Numbered from the stretch's first letter, positions 1 through 10,145 are shown. The stretch is 64,000 nucleotides of DNA from an uncultured Anaerolineales bacterium (GCA_964651255.1 CAZYWU010000001.1:131890-195889), one strand, 5' to 3'. Notes: generated by a model from the letters alone, not told the origin. Numbers and translations are program-made.

Positions 1-127
1 TCTCGAGATCCGCCCCCTCTTCCATGGCCAGTCGTTCCGCCAGGCGTGTCACCCGCAACACATGATCGAACCCGTGCGCAGAGTCGTTGTCGGCGTACAG
101 CCTGCGGGCCTGATCGACACTGATCAT
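1..127 (-). CDS. HD-domain metal-dependent phosphohydrolase, N-terminal fragment running off the window
   Basis: Minus-strand translation from the ATG at 127 reads MISVDQARRLYADNDSAHGFDHVLRVTRLAERLAMEEGADLE, containing an HD motif (H..HGFDHVLRV). The ATG overlaps the stop of the upstream gene by ATGA. Confidence 0.5.
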   Translation of the reverse strand, partial: MISVDQARRLYADNDSAHGFDHVLRVTRLAERLAMEEGADLE

Positions 128-816
128 GCCAATGTCGCGCGGTCTGGTCGCCGCCCCAGTATGTGAGCTATGCCGATCACCACGGCAGAGAGCGCTCCGA
201 TGAGGACTATATAGTGCAGGACGGCGTTGGTCCAGAATTCCAGGGGATATAGTTGGATGAGCGTGTCCTCATACGCAAAGGTCCACGTGCCCGACTCGAA
301 AAAGACTCTGTGAAAGAGTGTGAAAAACACGTCAAAGTTGATCAGCGCGGACACTCCGACGATCGCCAGCAGGCCCATGGCGATAGCGGTACCCGCATAC
401 AATGCCCGCACAAGCCGTGCCCTATGATTCCTGAGCAGAGCAGCGGCGAGAATGGCCAAAAGCAAGGCGATGCCGTGCGCCACGAAAAAGGCCTGCACCA
501 CGCGTTTTACATCCACCAAGTGCTGCGTCTCTGACGGCAAGAGTGCCACCTGCCCGGCATCGGTCTGCATGCTGGCCAGCTCCTCCAGGGAGACATCGCC
601 CCGATTGTACCGCCAGATGGTCTCCGCGAGCCGAGTTCTCTCGGCGCGGGTGAAGCGGATCGATTCCGGAAAGCTCGGCTGGCGATACTGCAAGCCCGGA
701 TAGGCTGGGGTCACGATGACATAGAGTGGCGAAGCGATTAGTATCGTGGCAATGGACAGAGCCAACACGATCTGCAGGAGCGTGGCGATTGGGCTATGTG
801 ACATGGTTCTCCTCAC
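124..816 (-). CDS. DUF1461/TIGR01906-family integral membrane protein
   Basis: 230 aa with several hydrophobic helices and a conserved FESGTWTF-type core typical of the TIGR01906 membrane family. GTG start. Confidence 0.65.
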   Translation of the reverse strand: MRRTMSHSPIATLLQIVLALSIATILIASPLYVIVTPAYPGLQYRQPSFPESIRFTRAERTRLAETIWRYNRGDVSLEELASMQTDAGQVALLPSETQHLVDVKRVVQAFFVAHGIALLLAILAAALLRNHRARLVRALYAGTAIAMGLLAIVGVSALINFDVFFTLFHRVFFESGTWTFAYEDTLIQLYPLEFWTNAVLHYIVLIGALSAVVIGIAHILGRRPDRATLA

Positions 817-946
817 GGGTTGGGTGACGCGCCAAAGTATAGCACCGCACGGGCCCTGCCGCTACCGGCCGCTGGAGTGCGAACGCTTGACGCCTGCACC
901 GGAATCCGGTATTGGTATTGGCAGCCGCACGGGAGGGCCGCTTGTT

Positions 947-1684
947 GTGCGCATAGTCCATCTGACTGATCTTCACCTGCGCCATCATCTGCCAGGAAGC
1001 TCCGCCGTGCCGGGACGGGAAAGCCGCCTCGTGCCCGGGATACTCGCAGCTGCTGCACAGGCTGGCGCCCAGCGCTGGCCAGATCTGGGTGTGTTGAGCG
1101 GCGATCTCGTCGATGTTCCTGCGGGCGAGCCGGATTCCAGGTTATGCAACATGGCCTGGGACGATCTTCAGATTGTTGCGGGCGTATTAAGGCGCACCGA
1201 TTTCCCCTGGGTGGTCATCTCTGGTAACCATGACTTTCCGGAGCAGGTACTGCGCGCTTTTCCCGTGGCTAAGGACTGGAGCTTCTGCGGCTATCGCATT
1301 GTCTCCTTTGACGATCGCGAGCAGTACGAGCATGTCCCGGAACGGCTTGGTGAGGAACGCGAGCGTTTCCAAAGTGTGCTGAACGATGCGAGCGGTTTGC
1401 CGCAGATCCATATCCAGCACTATGTGATCCAGCCCAGGCTGGATGCGGGCTATCCACACACGTATCGCGATGGCGAGGCGCTGGCCGACGAGATCGCGTC
1501 ATCCTCGCGTGTGCGTCTTGTGCTCAGCGGCCATTACCACGCAGGCGTGAGCCCCTTCCGGCAGGGGGACACCTGGTTTTCGGTGGCGCCGGCCCTGTGC
1601 GTGCGTCCTTTTCCTGTGATGATCTACGATCTGGACGATTCAGTGCTGACCTGGGAGCGGATGGACATCGAGGACATGCTATGA
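947..1684 (+). CDS. calcineurin-like metallophosphoesterase
   Basis: Motifs VRIVHLTDLH, GDLVD and VISGNHD. The six-frame ORF beginning at 746 is an over-extension that overlaps the upstream gene. The likely start is the GTG at 947, preceded by GGGAGG at 931-936. Confidence 0.7.
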   Translation: MRIVHLTDLHLRHHLPGSSAVPGRESRLVPGILAAAAQAGAQRWPDLGVLSGDLVDVPAGEPDSRLCNMAWDDLQIVAGVLRRTDFPWVVISGNHDFPEQVLRAFPVAKDWSFCGYRIVSFDDREQYEHVPERLGEERERFQSVLNDASGLPQIHIQHYVIQPRLDAGYPHTYRDGEALADEIASSSRVRLVLSGHYHAGVSPFRQGDTWFSVAPALCVRPFPVMIYDLDDSVLTWERMDIEDML

Positions 1685-3207
1685 AAGAGTTGCTGTTAGC
1701 GCACGATCTCGGAACGACGGGTAACAAGGCCTCGCTCTTCACCTCAGAGGGCACGCTGCTGGCCAGCGCTTTCCAGCCGTATGGAACGCGTTACGAAAAG
1801 CCGGGGTGGGCGGAGCAGGATCCGGCCGACTGGTGGGAGGCAATTACGGTCTCTACGCACAGACTGTTGCTGGAAGCGGGCCGGGCACCGGACGATGTAG
1901 CGGCGGTGGGATTCTCTGGCCAGATGATGGCCTGCCTGCCCGTAGATGCCGCCGGGCACCCGCTCAGCAATGCCATTATCTGGGCGGATCAGCGGGCTCA
2001 GCGCGAAGCGGAATGGCTCCGGGAACGCATTGGCACGGAGGAGGTCTACCGCATCACGGGACACCGGGCCAGCCCGAGCTATACCGCTGCCAAGCTGCTC
2101 TGGCAACGGGGGCACCACCCCGAGCTCAAAGCAGCGACGCACCGCATACTACAGCCGAAAGACTATGTGGCCTACCGGCTTACCGGCGTCATGGCCACCG
2201 ACTATTCGGATGCCTCGGGCACCAACCTCTTTGATCTGAAAGAACGACGCTGGTCGGAGCGGATCATGGAGCGCCTGGAGCTGCCCATGGCGTTGCTGCC
2301 ACCGGCTGTACCGTCCGCAACGATCATCGGGTATGTCACGCGGGAGGCCGCTGAGGCGACGGGGCTGGCTTATGGAGCGCCTGTGGTGATCGGCGGTGGT
2401 GACGGGGCTTGCGCCACCGTGGGGGCAGGCGTCGTGCGTCCATCCGATGCCTACAACTATATCGGGTCATCGTCATGGATTTCGATTGTTTCAACCGAGC
2501 CTCTGTACGATCCGCAGCAACGCACTTTTACCTTTGCGCATCTGGATCCCCGTTACTTTTTCCCTACGGGAACGATGCAGTGCGCCGGAGGCTCCTATGA
2601 CTGGCTGGACCGCTTGCTGCGAGGATCTGAGGGTGAGCCGTTGTACCAGGAGCTCGACGCTCTGGCGGCCTCGGTCCCGGCGGGTGCAAAGGGGTTGCTC
2701 TTTCTTCCTTACCTGATCGGCGAGCGCAGCCCGCACTGGAACCCGAACGCGCGGGCTTGTTTCGTGGGTCTGTCCATGGCCCATGGGCGCGCCGAGGTTG
2801 CGAGGGCCGTGCTCGAGGGGGTGGCGCTCAATCTGCGTACCATACTCGGCGCCTTTAGAATTCAGGGGGCCAGGATCGATGGCCTGCGGGTGATCGGCGG
2901 CGGGGCACGGTCGGCCCTCTGGAGGCAGATTCTCGCCGACGTGCTCGATGTGCCGCTCTTGCGGCCTCGGCTGGCGGCTGAGGCCACGGCCCTGGGCGCC
3001 GCTATCGCCGCAGGCGTTGGCGTGGGTCTATTGCCTGACTATGGTGCCGCAACGGACTGGGTTGCAGTTGGTCCGGGCGAAACGCCGCGTCAGGCGGCAG
3101 TGGATGACTATGATGAGCTCTATCCACTCTTTGTCGCTGCCTATGAGGCGTTAGCCCCATTGTTCGAGAGCATGGCTGCGTACGCGGGAGGTGAGAGGGA
3201 AACATGA
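1681..3207 (+). CDS. FGGY-family carbohydrate kinase (xylulokinase/glycerol-kinase-like)
   Basis: MKELLLAHDLGTTGNKASLF N-terminus with the FGGY N- and C-terminal domains. Its ATG overlaps the stop of the upstream gene (ATGA). Confidence 0.85.
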   Translation: MKELLLAHDLGTTGNKASLFTSEGTLLASAFQPYGTRYEKPGWAEQDPADWWEAITVSTHRLLLEAGRAPDDVAAVGFSGQMMACLPVDAAGHPLSNAIIWADQRAQREAEWLRERIGTEEVYRITGHRASPSYTAAKLLWQRGHHPELKAATHRILQPKDYVAYRLTGVMATDYSDASGTNLFDLKERRWSERIMERLELPMALLPPAVPSATIIGYVTREAAEATGLAYGAPVVIGGGDGACATVGAGVVRPSDAYNYIGSSSWISIVSTEPLYDPQQRTFTFAHLDPRYFFPTGTMQCAGGSYDWLDRLLRGSEGEPLYQELDALAASVPAGAKGLLFLPYLIGERSPHWNPNARACFVGLSMAHGRAEVARAVLEGVALNLRTILGAFRIQGARIDGLRVIGGGARSALWRQILADVLDVPLLRPRLAAEATALGAAIAAGVGVGLLPDYGAATDWVAVGPGETPRQAAVDDYDELYPLFVAAYEALAPLFESMAAYAGGERET

Positions 3208-3992
3208 CGCCTACGATCAAGATTGCGACCTATAACGCCAATTCTATACGCACCCGTCTGGAGCAGATTATCTCCTGGCTTGATGAGAAGGCGGTTGACG
3301 TGCTGTGTGTCCAGGAGACCAAAGTCGAGGACGAAGAATTTCCGGTAAACGCCTTTGCCGAGGCTGGCCTCCATGTGGAGTTCAGCGGCCAAAAGGCACA
3401 GGCGGGTGTGGCCATCATCAGCCGCGAGGCGCTGGAGGATGTGTCGTGCGGATTCGACGATGACGGCCCGGCGGACTGTGCGCGTCTGATACGGGGCACA
3501 ACGCATGGCATCCATATCATCAACGCCTATGTGCCGCAAGGACGTAGCATCGACCATGAGATGTTCGCGTACAAACTAAAATGGTTTGCGCGACTGCGTG
3601 CCTATCTGGAGCGTCACTTTAGCATCGAGGACCGCGTGCTTTTGTGCGGAGACCTGAATGTCGCGCCGGAGCCCATCGACATCCATGATCCGAAGGCCAA
3701 TGCGCAGCACGTCGACTTTCATCCGCGCGTCCGCGAGGCTTTTGCCGAGCTGTGCTCGTGGGGTTTGGAGGATGTCTTTCGCCGCCACCATCCCGATGAG
3801 CCCGGCCAGTATAGCTATTATGACTATCGCGTCCGCAATGCGATAGACCGCGGGGTGGGCTGGCGCATCGACCATCTCCTGGCGACGCCGGCGCTGGCGA
3901 AACGTTCGACCGCGTGCTGGATCGACGTGGATGCCCGCAGGGCTGAGCGCCCTTCTGACCATACGTTTGTAGTTGCGGAGTTTGAACTCTAG
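3204..3992 (+). CDS. xth: exodeoxyribonuclease III (AP endonuclease)
   Basis: KIATYNANSIRTRLEQIISWL...DVLCVQETK and a C-terminal SDH motif typical of ExoIII/APE1. ATGA overlap with the kinase gene. Confidence 0.9.
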   Translation: MTPTIKIATYNANSIRTRLEQIISWLDEKAVDVLCVQETKVEDEEFPVNAFAEAGLHVEFSGQKAQAGVAIISREALEDVSCGFDDDGPADCARLIRGTTHGIHIINAYVPQGRSIDHEMFAYKLKWFARLRAYLERHFSIEDRVLLCGDLNVAPEPIDIHDPKANAQHVDFHPRVREAFAELCSWGLEDVFRRHHPDEPGQYSYYDYRVRNAIDRGVGWRIDHLLATPALAKRSTACWIDVDARRAERPSDHTFVVAEFEL

Positions 3993-4054
3993 GCGCTGGC
4001 AGGCCTTGTTGTTTCGCCCTCAGCCATTATCAAAGTTCGAATGCGGAGGGATAC

Positions 4055-4819
4055 ATGGGCATACTGGATCGGTTCTCACTGGCTGGCAGGACGGCGCTGG
4101 TAACGGGCGCGGGGCAGGGGATCGGGCAGGCCTATGCCATGGCGCTGGCAGAGGCTGGCGCGGATGTCGCGATCGTTGACATAAACTCTCAGACGGCCGC
4201 GGCGGTGGCTGAGGATGTCCGGGGAGTGGGGGTGCGCTCGCTGGCTCTGACGGTGGACGTTCGCGATTCGGTGCAGGTCGATGCCATGGTCGAGCGCATC
4301 ATCTCCGAGTGGGGACGGCTCGATATCGGAGTCAATAACGCGGGGATCGGCTCCTGGGCTGCCGGTGAGGAGATGTCCGACGAACAGTGGCGTTCCGTGA
4401 TCGCCATCAACCTGGATGCGGTGTTCTACTGCTGCCGCGCGGAAGGCCGCGTGATGCTGGCGCAGGGCTATGGCAAGATCATCAACACAGCGTCCATGTC
4501 CGCGCGCATCGTCAACCGCCCGCAAAAGCAGGTGTCCTATAATGCCTCCAAGGCGGGCGTGGTGCACCTGACGCACTCGCTGGCCACCGAGTGGGCCGCG
4601 CGAGGCGTTCGCGTCAACTGCATCAGCCCGGGGTACACCCGCACGTCGCTCGTCGATCAGGTGGCCGACCTGGTCCCCGGCTGGCTGGCTGATACGCCGA
4701 TGGGGCGCATGGCGGAGACCTCGGATCTGCAGGGCGCGCTGGTTTACCTGGCCTCTCCCGCCTCGGATTTCGTCACCGGCCACGACCTCGTCGTCGACGG
4801 CGGCTTTACGCTTTGGTGA
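4055..4819 (+). CDS. SDR-family short-chain dehydrogenase/reductase
   Basis: TGAGQGIGQA Rossmann motif, NNAG, S...YNASKAG catalytic tetrad. GGAGGG Shine-Dalgarno sequence (SD) upstream. Confidence 0.85.
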   Translation: MGILDRFSLAGRTALVTGAGQGIGQAYAMALAEAGADVAIVDINSQTAAAVAEDVRGVGVRSLALTVDVRDSVQVDAMVERIISEWGRLDIGVNNAGIGSWAAGEEMSDEQWRSVIAINLDAVFYCCRAEGRVMLAQGYGKIINTASMSARIVNRPQKQVSYNASKAGVVHLTHSLATEWAARGVRVNCISPGYTRTSLVDQVADLVPGWLADTPMGRMAETSDLQGALVYLASPASDFVTGHDLVVDGGFTLW

Positions 4820-4847
4820 CATACGTGGCACTGGCAAGCCGGAAAGA

Positions 4848-4876
4848 TTGTCAGGTAGGCGGTGTCATGCTATAAT
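4848..4876 (+). promoter_or_regulatory. sigma70-type promoter of the pyr operon (TTGTCA-17-TATAAT)
   Basis: TTGTCA at 4848-4853 and TATAAT at 4871-4876, spaced 17 bp, about 50 bp upstream of the pyrC ATG. Confidence 0.6.
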
Positions 4877-4926
4877 CCGTCGGATCGAGTGAGGGCAGAA
4901 GACACCGGTTTGCGGGCAGGTGCGGT

Positions 4927-6003
4927 ATGACACAGCTCAAGTTTCCGGGAATGGTGGATGCACACGTTCACCTGAGAGAGCCGGGGGCCGTGCACAAAGA
5001 GGATATCACCAGCGGCACGGTGGCCGCGTTGGCGGGTGGCGTGATAGGCATCCTGGATATGCCCAATAACACACCGCCAATCACAAGGCCGGACCGATTG
5101 GCGGCCAAGCACAAGCTTTTTGAGACCAGGGCCGTAGCCGACTACGGCCTTTTTGCTGGGTCGGATGGGTCCAGCGTTGACGACGTTGTGGCCATGGCTC
5201 CCGAAGCAGTCGGGCTCAAGCTGTACCTGGACGAAACCTTTGGTGACCTGCGGAACGCCGAGCCCGCAGCCCTCGCGGCCCTGTTCGAGGCGTGGCCCGG
5301 CCCAGGGCCCATCGCTGTGCACGCCGAGAGTCCATCCATACTCAAGGCGATCGAGCTCGCCGAGCGCTACAGACAGCGCCTGCACGTATGTCACGTGCCT
5401 GACCCTGACGACCTGCTGGTGATCGATGCCGCCCGGCAGCGCGGCGTTGACGTGACCTGCGAGGTTACCCCGCATCACCTCTTTCTCTCAGACGAGGCTA
5501 TGGGTCGGCTGGGTGCACTGGCGGTGATGAAGCCGCCGCTGGTCTCGGCTGCCCAGGTGGCCCTCTTTTGGGAGCGGCTGCCACTCGTCGATATGATCGC
5601 TTCGGACCATGCACCGCACACGCTGGCGGAAAAGGCGCTACCGAACCCGCCCCCGGGCGTTCCCGGCCTGGAGACCAGCGTGCCTTTGCTTCTGGCAGCC
5701 GTGGAGCGTGGCAGGCTCAGCTACGAGCGTATGGTCGAGCTCGTCCATAGCGCGCCCTTGAGGGTGTATGGCCTGTTAGCGCCGGCAGACAGTGAAGTGA
5801 TCTTGGATCTATCAGACGGGGTATACACGCTGGCCCGTGATGGCTTCAAGACGCGCTGCGGCTGGTCACCCTTTGCGGGACTGCCAGCTCTGGGCAGGGT
5901 GCAGTCGGTGCGGGTACGCGGACGTGTCGTGTGGGAGGAGGGCGTGCTCAAGGCTAACCCGGGAGATGGCCAGCCGCTGGCCCGCGGTGCGGCAAAGGTG
6001 TGA
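4927..6003 (+). CDS. pyrC: dihydroorotase
   Basis: HVHLREPG metal-binding HxH, SDHAPH motif, amidohydrolase fold. First gene of the pyr cluster. Confidence 0.8.
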   Translation: MTQLKFPGMVDAHVHLREPGAVHKEDITSGTVAALAGGVIGILDMPNNTPPITRPDRLAAKHKLFETRAVADYGLFAGSDGSSVDDVVAMAPEAVGLKLYLDETFGDLRNAEPAALAALFEAWPGPGPIAVHAESPSILKAIELAERYRQRLHVCHVPDPDDLLVIDAARQRGVDVTCEVTPHHLFLSDEAMGRLGALAVMKPPLVSAAQVALFWERLPLVDMIASDHAPHTLAEKALPNPPPGVPGLETSVPLLLAAVERGRLSYERMVELVHSAPLRVYGLLAPADSEVILDLSDGVYTLARDGFKTRCGWSPFAGLPALGRVQSVRVRGRVVWEEGVLKANPGDGQPLARGAAKV

Positions 6004-6065
6004 TCCTCTGCTCTGTCTTGGTTTGTGGTCTCACTGTATGCGGTCGAAGAGGAGCAATGAGCCTA

Positions 6066-7042
6066 TGACAGCGAACGGGAACCTCAAAAAGGTGGGGCTC
6101 GCGCCCGACCGGCTGAATAGCTTTTACGGGCGTGATATCGTTTCGGTGATGCAGTTCTCGCGTGACGACCTGAACTATATCTTTGGCGTTGCCGATGAGA
6201 TGCGCAGCCTCGTCAAACGGGTGGGCGCCACAGACTTGCTCAAGGGGTATGTGCTCGCCAACCTGTTTTATGAACCCAGCACGCGCACCTCTTCCTCCTT
6301 CATTGCTGCGATGGAGCGCCTCGGCGGCTCGGTCATCCCCATTCACGGCGTGCAGTACTCGTCAGTCAGCAAGGGCGAGTCCCTTCCCGACACAATACGT
6401 ACGCTGCAGTGCTACGCCGACGTGATCGTACTGCGGCATCCTGAGATCGGGGCCTCCGCCGTTGCGGCACGCTATGCCAGCAAGCCAGTGATCAGCGCCG
6501 GCGATGGCACGGGTGAACATCCTACGCAGGGCTTGCTGGACATCTACACCATCTACAGTGAGCTGGGCACCGTTGATGGGCTGCATGTCGCTATGGTCGG
6601 CGACCTCAAGAACGGGCGCACGGTGCACTCGCTCGCGCGGCTCTTGAGGCTCTATGACACGAAAATGACCTTTGTCGCGCCCGATATCCTCAGGTTGTCG
6701 GCGGACATCAGAGACGAGATGGTGCAGGCCGGGCGCGACGTTCGCGAGACGGATCGCCTGCAGGACATCATCGGCGAGGCGGACGTCATCTATGTGACTC
6801 GCGTGCAAAAGGAGCGCTTTGACGATCTACGGCAATACGAAGCCGTCAAGGATTACTACGAGATCACGCCGGAACTGATGAGCCAGGCCAAGGCGCATAT
6901 GGTTCTGATGCATCCTCTGCCGCGGGTGGGTGAGATCCACTATGACGTGGACGATGATCCGCGCGCAGCGTACTTTAGGCAGATGGAGAATGGCATGTAC
7001 GTTCGCATGGCGCTGCTGGCTGCAGTGCTGGGCAAAGCGTAG
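6066..7042 (+). CDS. pyrB: aspartate carbamoyltransferase catalytic subunit
   Basis: STRTSSSF carbamoyl-phosphate motif, HPTQ, C-terminal HPLPRV. GAGGAG SD upstream. The ORF starting at 5837 is an over-extension. Confidence 0.9.
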
Positions 7043-7056
7043 GCAGGAGCATCGCA

Positions 7057-8466
7057 ATGGGGTTTTGGGAGAAACTGGCGGCGAGTATCGACAAGCGCGA
7101 TAGCCTGCTGTGTGTGGGTCTTGATCCGCATCCGGGGCAGATTCCCGCGCGCTATGGATCGGTCAGCGAGTTCATGCGGGCTGTCGTGGCCGAGACGTCG
7201 GACTATGCCTGCGTGTTCAAGCCTAACATTGCTTTCTACGAGGCGCTGGGGCCCGATGGCATGGACGTGCTCGCTGAGGTGCTTGCGGCCATTCCCGAGG
7301 ACATGCCCGTGATCCTGGACGGCAAGCGCAACGACATCTCCTCTACAGCGACGGCGTATGCGCAGGGTGTTTTCGAGCGCCTCGGGGCCGACGCTCTGAC
7401 CGTAAACCCTTATCTGGGCAGTGACGGTGTCGCGCCGTTCCTGGTCTACCGGGATCGCGGTGTCTTTCTGCTCTGCAAGACCTCCAACCCGGGCGCTGGC
7501 GAAGTACAGGATTGGACCCAGCGTGGCGTGCCCCTATACCAGCACGTCGCCGATCTGGCTTCAACGTGGGCGCAGGGCGGGGAGATCGGCCTGGTGATGG
7601 GCGCCACCTATCCGCAGGCGGCAGCTGAGATCAGGGCGGCTTATCCCAACACCTGGTTTCTGGTGCCCGGGATAGGCGCCCAGGGAGGGGATCTGGAAGC
7701 CGTTCTGGCGGCGGGGTTGCGTGGCGACGGCAAGGGGGTCGTCATCAACTCTTCCCGAGGGATCATCTATGCGGACGACCCGCGGCAAGCTGCCAGAGAG
7801 ACCCGGGACGCGATCAACCGCGCCCGGCGCACCACTCGGAGCACGGCTACGCAAGAGGCGATGCGCTCCAACCACCTGAGACGCCTGGCAAGGGCTCTCC
7901 ACGACACGGGTTGCGTGCAGCTGGGCGACTTTGTGCTGCACTCGGGGGCGCACTCGCCCATCTATGTGGATCTCCGGCGACTGGTGAGTGACCCGAAGGT
8001 GCTCGAGCTGGCTGCGCTGGAGTACCAGCGTCTGCTGAAGCCGCTGGACTATACGCGGATCGCGGGCATCCCCTACGCCGGCTTGCCGATCGGCACGGCG
8101 GTGGCGCTCCTCACTGGCGATCCGCTCATCTATCCGCGACGTGAGGCCAAGACCTACGGTACGCGCCGTTTGATCGAAGGCGAATATCAGCCTGGTGAGC
8201 GGGTGGTGCTGCTGGATGATCTGATCAGCAGCGGTGGCAGCAAACTTGAGGCGGCAGAGCCGCTCAAAGAGGCGGGCCTCGTGGTAGAGGACGTCGTCGT
8301 TCTGATCGACCGCGAGCAGGGCGGCAAGGCCGATCTGGCCGCGCACGGCCTGCGGCTGCATGCTGCCTGCACTCTGCGTGAGATCGTTGGCGCGCTGGTG
8401 GAACTGGGCCGGCTGGACAGCGAGACGCAGCTGCGCATAGAGAGCTACTTGAATGGCCGGGGGTGA
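7057..8466 (+). CDS. pyrF-pyrE: bifunctional orotidine-5'-phosphate decarboxylase (N-terminal, type 2) / orotate phosphoribosyltransferase (C-terminal)
   Basis: The N-terminal half has the type-2 ODCase motif ILDGKRNDISST. The C-terminal half has the PRPP-binding motif VVLLDDLISSGGS and OPRTase-like flanks. Confidence 0.85.
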   Translation: MGFWEKLAASIDKRDSLLCVGLDPHPGQIPARYGSVSEFMRAVVAETSDYACVFKPNIAFYEALGPDGMDVLAEVLAAIPEDMPVILDGKRNDISSTATAYAQGVFERLGADALTVNPYLGSDGVAPFLVYRDRGVFLLCKTSNPGAGEVQDWTQRGVPLYQHVADLASTWAQGGEIGLVMGATYPQAAAEIRAAYPNTWFLVPGIGAQGGDLEAVLAAGLRGDGKGVVINSSRGIIYADDPRQAARETRDAINRARRTTRSTATQEAMRSNHLRRLARALHDTGCVQLGDFVLHSGAHSPIYVDLRRLVSDPKVLELAALEYQRLLKPLDYTRIAGIPYAGLPIGTAVALLTGDPLIYPRREAKTYGTRRLIEGEYQPGERVVLLDDLISSGGSKLEAAEPLKEAGLVVEDVVVLIDREQGGKADLAAHGLRLHAACTLREIVGALVELGRLDSETQLRIESYLNGRG

Positions 8467-9406
8467 TACGACGGTCTCGCGCCCCGACCTGTCGGTCTCG
8501 CTGGCGGGGGTGCCCCTTCGGAGCCCGCTGGTGCTGGCCTCTGGCATCTGGGGCAGTGGCGCGAGCACGCTGGTGCGGGCCGGCCGCGCCGGCGCCGGTG
8601 CCGTAACCAGCAAGTCCTGCAGCGTGCTGCCACGCAGGGGCCACCCCAACCCCACAGTTCTGGACTGGGGACACGGACTGATTAACGCAGTGGGCTTGTC
8701 GAACCCTGGTGCCGAGGCGGAACGCGATGAGTTGATGCGCATGCGTGAAGAGCTTCGGGCGAGCGGCGCAGCGCTCATTGTCAGCGTGTTCGGCGATTCC
8801 CCCGAGGCCTTTGCGGAGGCGGTGCGGATCATGCAGCCGGTGGGCGCCGATCTGGTTGAGATCAACATCTCCTGCCCAAACGTGCATAGTGAGTTTGGGC
8901 GCCCCTTTGCCCTGGAGCCGGTCTCCGCGGCACTGGTGACCGAGGCGGTCCGGCGCGACCACGCGGGCCCTCTGTTCGTCAAGCTTTCGCCCAACACACC
9001 GGATCTGGTGGATGTGGCGCGCGCCGTCATCGCGGCCGGGGCCGACGGGCTCACGGCCATCAACACGCTGGGCCCGGGGATGGTCATCGACCTGCACGCA
9101 CGACGTCCTATCCTTGCCAACCGCACCGGCGGCGTATCGGGACCCGCCATTCGCCCCATCGCAGTGCGCTGCGTGTATGAGATCGCGGAAGCGCTGGATG
9201 TTCCCATCATCGGCACCGGAGGGATCAGTTCAGGGGCTGACGCCCTTGAGATGATTATGGCGGGTGCCACAGCAGTGGGCGTCGGTTCTGCGCTCGCGAC
9301 AGATGGTGAGGGGGTCTTTGGACGGGTGCTGCAGGAGATGTCTGGTCTCATGACCGAGTTGGGTATCGCCACACTGGATGAGATACGGGGCTGTGCCCAT
9401 GTCTGA
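8453..9406 (+). CDS. pyrD: dihydroorotate dehydrogenase (class 1B) catalytic subunit
   Basis: SGIWGSG, NAVGLSNPG and FVKLSPN motifs of PyrD. Confidence 0.9.
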   Translation: MAGGDTTVSRPDLSVSLAGVPLRSPLVLASGIWGSGASTLVRAGRAGAGAVTSKSCSVLPRRGHPNPTVLDWGHGLINAVGLSNPGAEAERDELMRMREELRASGAALIVSVFGDSPEAFAEAVRIMQPVGADLVEINISCPNVHSEFGRPFALEPVSAALVTEAVRRDHAGPLFVKLSPNTPDLVDVARAVIAAGADGLTAINTLGPGMVIDLHARRPILANRTGGVSGPAIRPIAVRCVYEIAEALDVPIIGTGGISSGADALEMIMAGATAVGVGSALATDGEGVFGRVLQEMSGLMTELGIATLDEIRGCAHV

Positions 9407-10145
9407 CAGTATCTACCGGGTGTATCGTCTTGTCGCGCGACGGCAGGAGGGTGAGGTCGGGGCGACACTGATACTCGACGGAGCGCTGCCGGCAGACCCG
9501 GGGCAGTTTGTCATGGTATGGCTGCCTGGCATCGAGGAACGGCCCCTGGCGGTGATGGGGACCGACCCGCTGAGCCTCACCGTGCGCGAGGTGGGGCCCT
9601 TTACCCGGGCGATGACGGCGCTGAACCTGGGCGACCGCGTCTGGGTACGGGGGCCCTATGGGCACGGCTTTCCTTTTCTTGATCAGAGCATGCTTCTGGT
9701 CGGCGGCGGGAGCGGTATCGCGTCGCTAACCCTGCTGGCGCAACGCGGCGTGCAATCCGCCAACGAGGTTCGCGCGGTACTGGGCGCGCGCACTGCCGGG
9801 CAACTGATGCTGGGCTGGCGCTTTGAGGAACTGGGCGTGCCCGTGACGATCGCGACCGACGATGGTTCGGCGGGCATCCGAGGAACTGTGGTGGACGCGA
9901 TGGAGCCGCTGATACGGCTGGACTGGCCCGGTGCAGTCTTTGCCTGTGGCCCGGAGCCCATGCTGCTGGCTCTGTGGCGCAGATTACAGGACAGCCCCGT
10001 ACCGCTTTATGTGAGTCTCGAACGCGTAATAAAGTGCGGCTTTGGCGTATGCGGCAATTGCCACTGCGGCGACCGGCTGGTGTGCCGCGACGGGCCTGTC
10101 TTTGCCGCCCAGGACGTGTTGCCCATATTGCTGGCAGAACACTGA
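9399..10145 (+). CDS. pyrK: dihydroorotate dehydrogenase electron-transfer subunit (FAD/2Fe-2S)
   Basis: C-terminal CGFGVCGNCHCG iron-sulfur cluster motif. Its ATG overlaps the pyrD stop. Confidence 0.85.
   Translation: MSDSIYRVYRLVARRQEGEVGATLILDGALPADPGQFVMVWLPGIEERPLAVMGTDPLSLTVREVGPFTRAMTALNLGDRVWVRGPYGHGFPFLDQSMLLVGGGSGIASLTLLAQRGVQSANEVRAVLGARTAGQLMLGWRFEELGVPVTIATDDGSAGIRGTVVDAMEPLIRLDWPGAVFACGPEPMLLALWRRLQDSPVPLYVSLERVIKCGFGVCGNCHCGDRLVCRDGPVFAAQDVLPILLAEH

Noticed and set aside
746-946. N-terminal 67 codons of the phosphoesterase ORF as drawn in the track
   Set aside because: Would overlap the upstream convergent-strand gene by 70 nt. A GTG with a GGGAGG SD at 947 gives a normal-length enzyme.
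4076-4837. 253-aa minus-strand ORF overlapping the SDR gene
   Set aside because: The SDR frame has a Rossmann motif and catalytic tetrad. The antisense frame is Arg/Gly-rich with no features.
4877-4926. Possible PyrR attenuator or riboswitch in the pyr leader
   Set aside because: The leader is only about 50 nt and lacks the PyrR-binding loop consensus or a terminator/antiterminator pair.
5837-6065. Extended N-terminus of pyrB overlapping the pyrC 3' end
   Set aside because: The Cys/Arg-rich extension has no ATCase homology. An ATG at 6066 with a GAGGAG SD gives a canonical PyrB start.
7561-9468. 635-aa minus-strand ORF antisense to pyrFE/pyrD
   Set aside because: Low-complexity Ala/Ser/Arg/Pro translation with no motifs. 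It lies entirely opposite well-supported pyr genes and is a typical high-GC antisense artefact.
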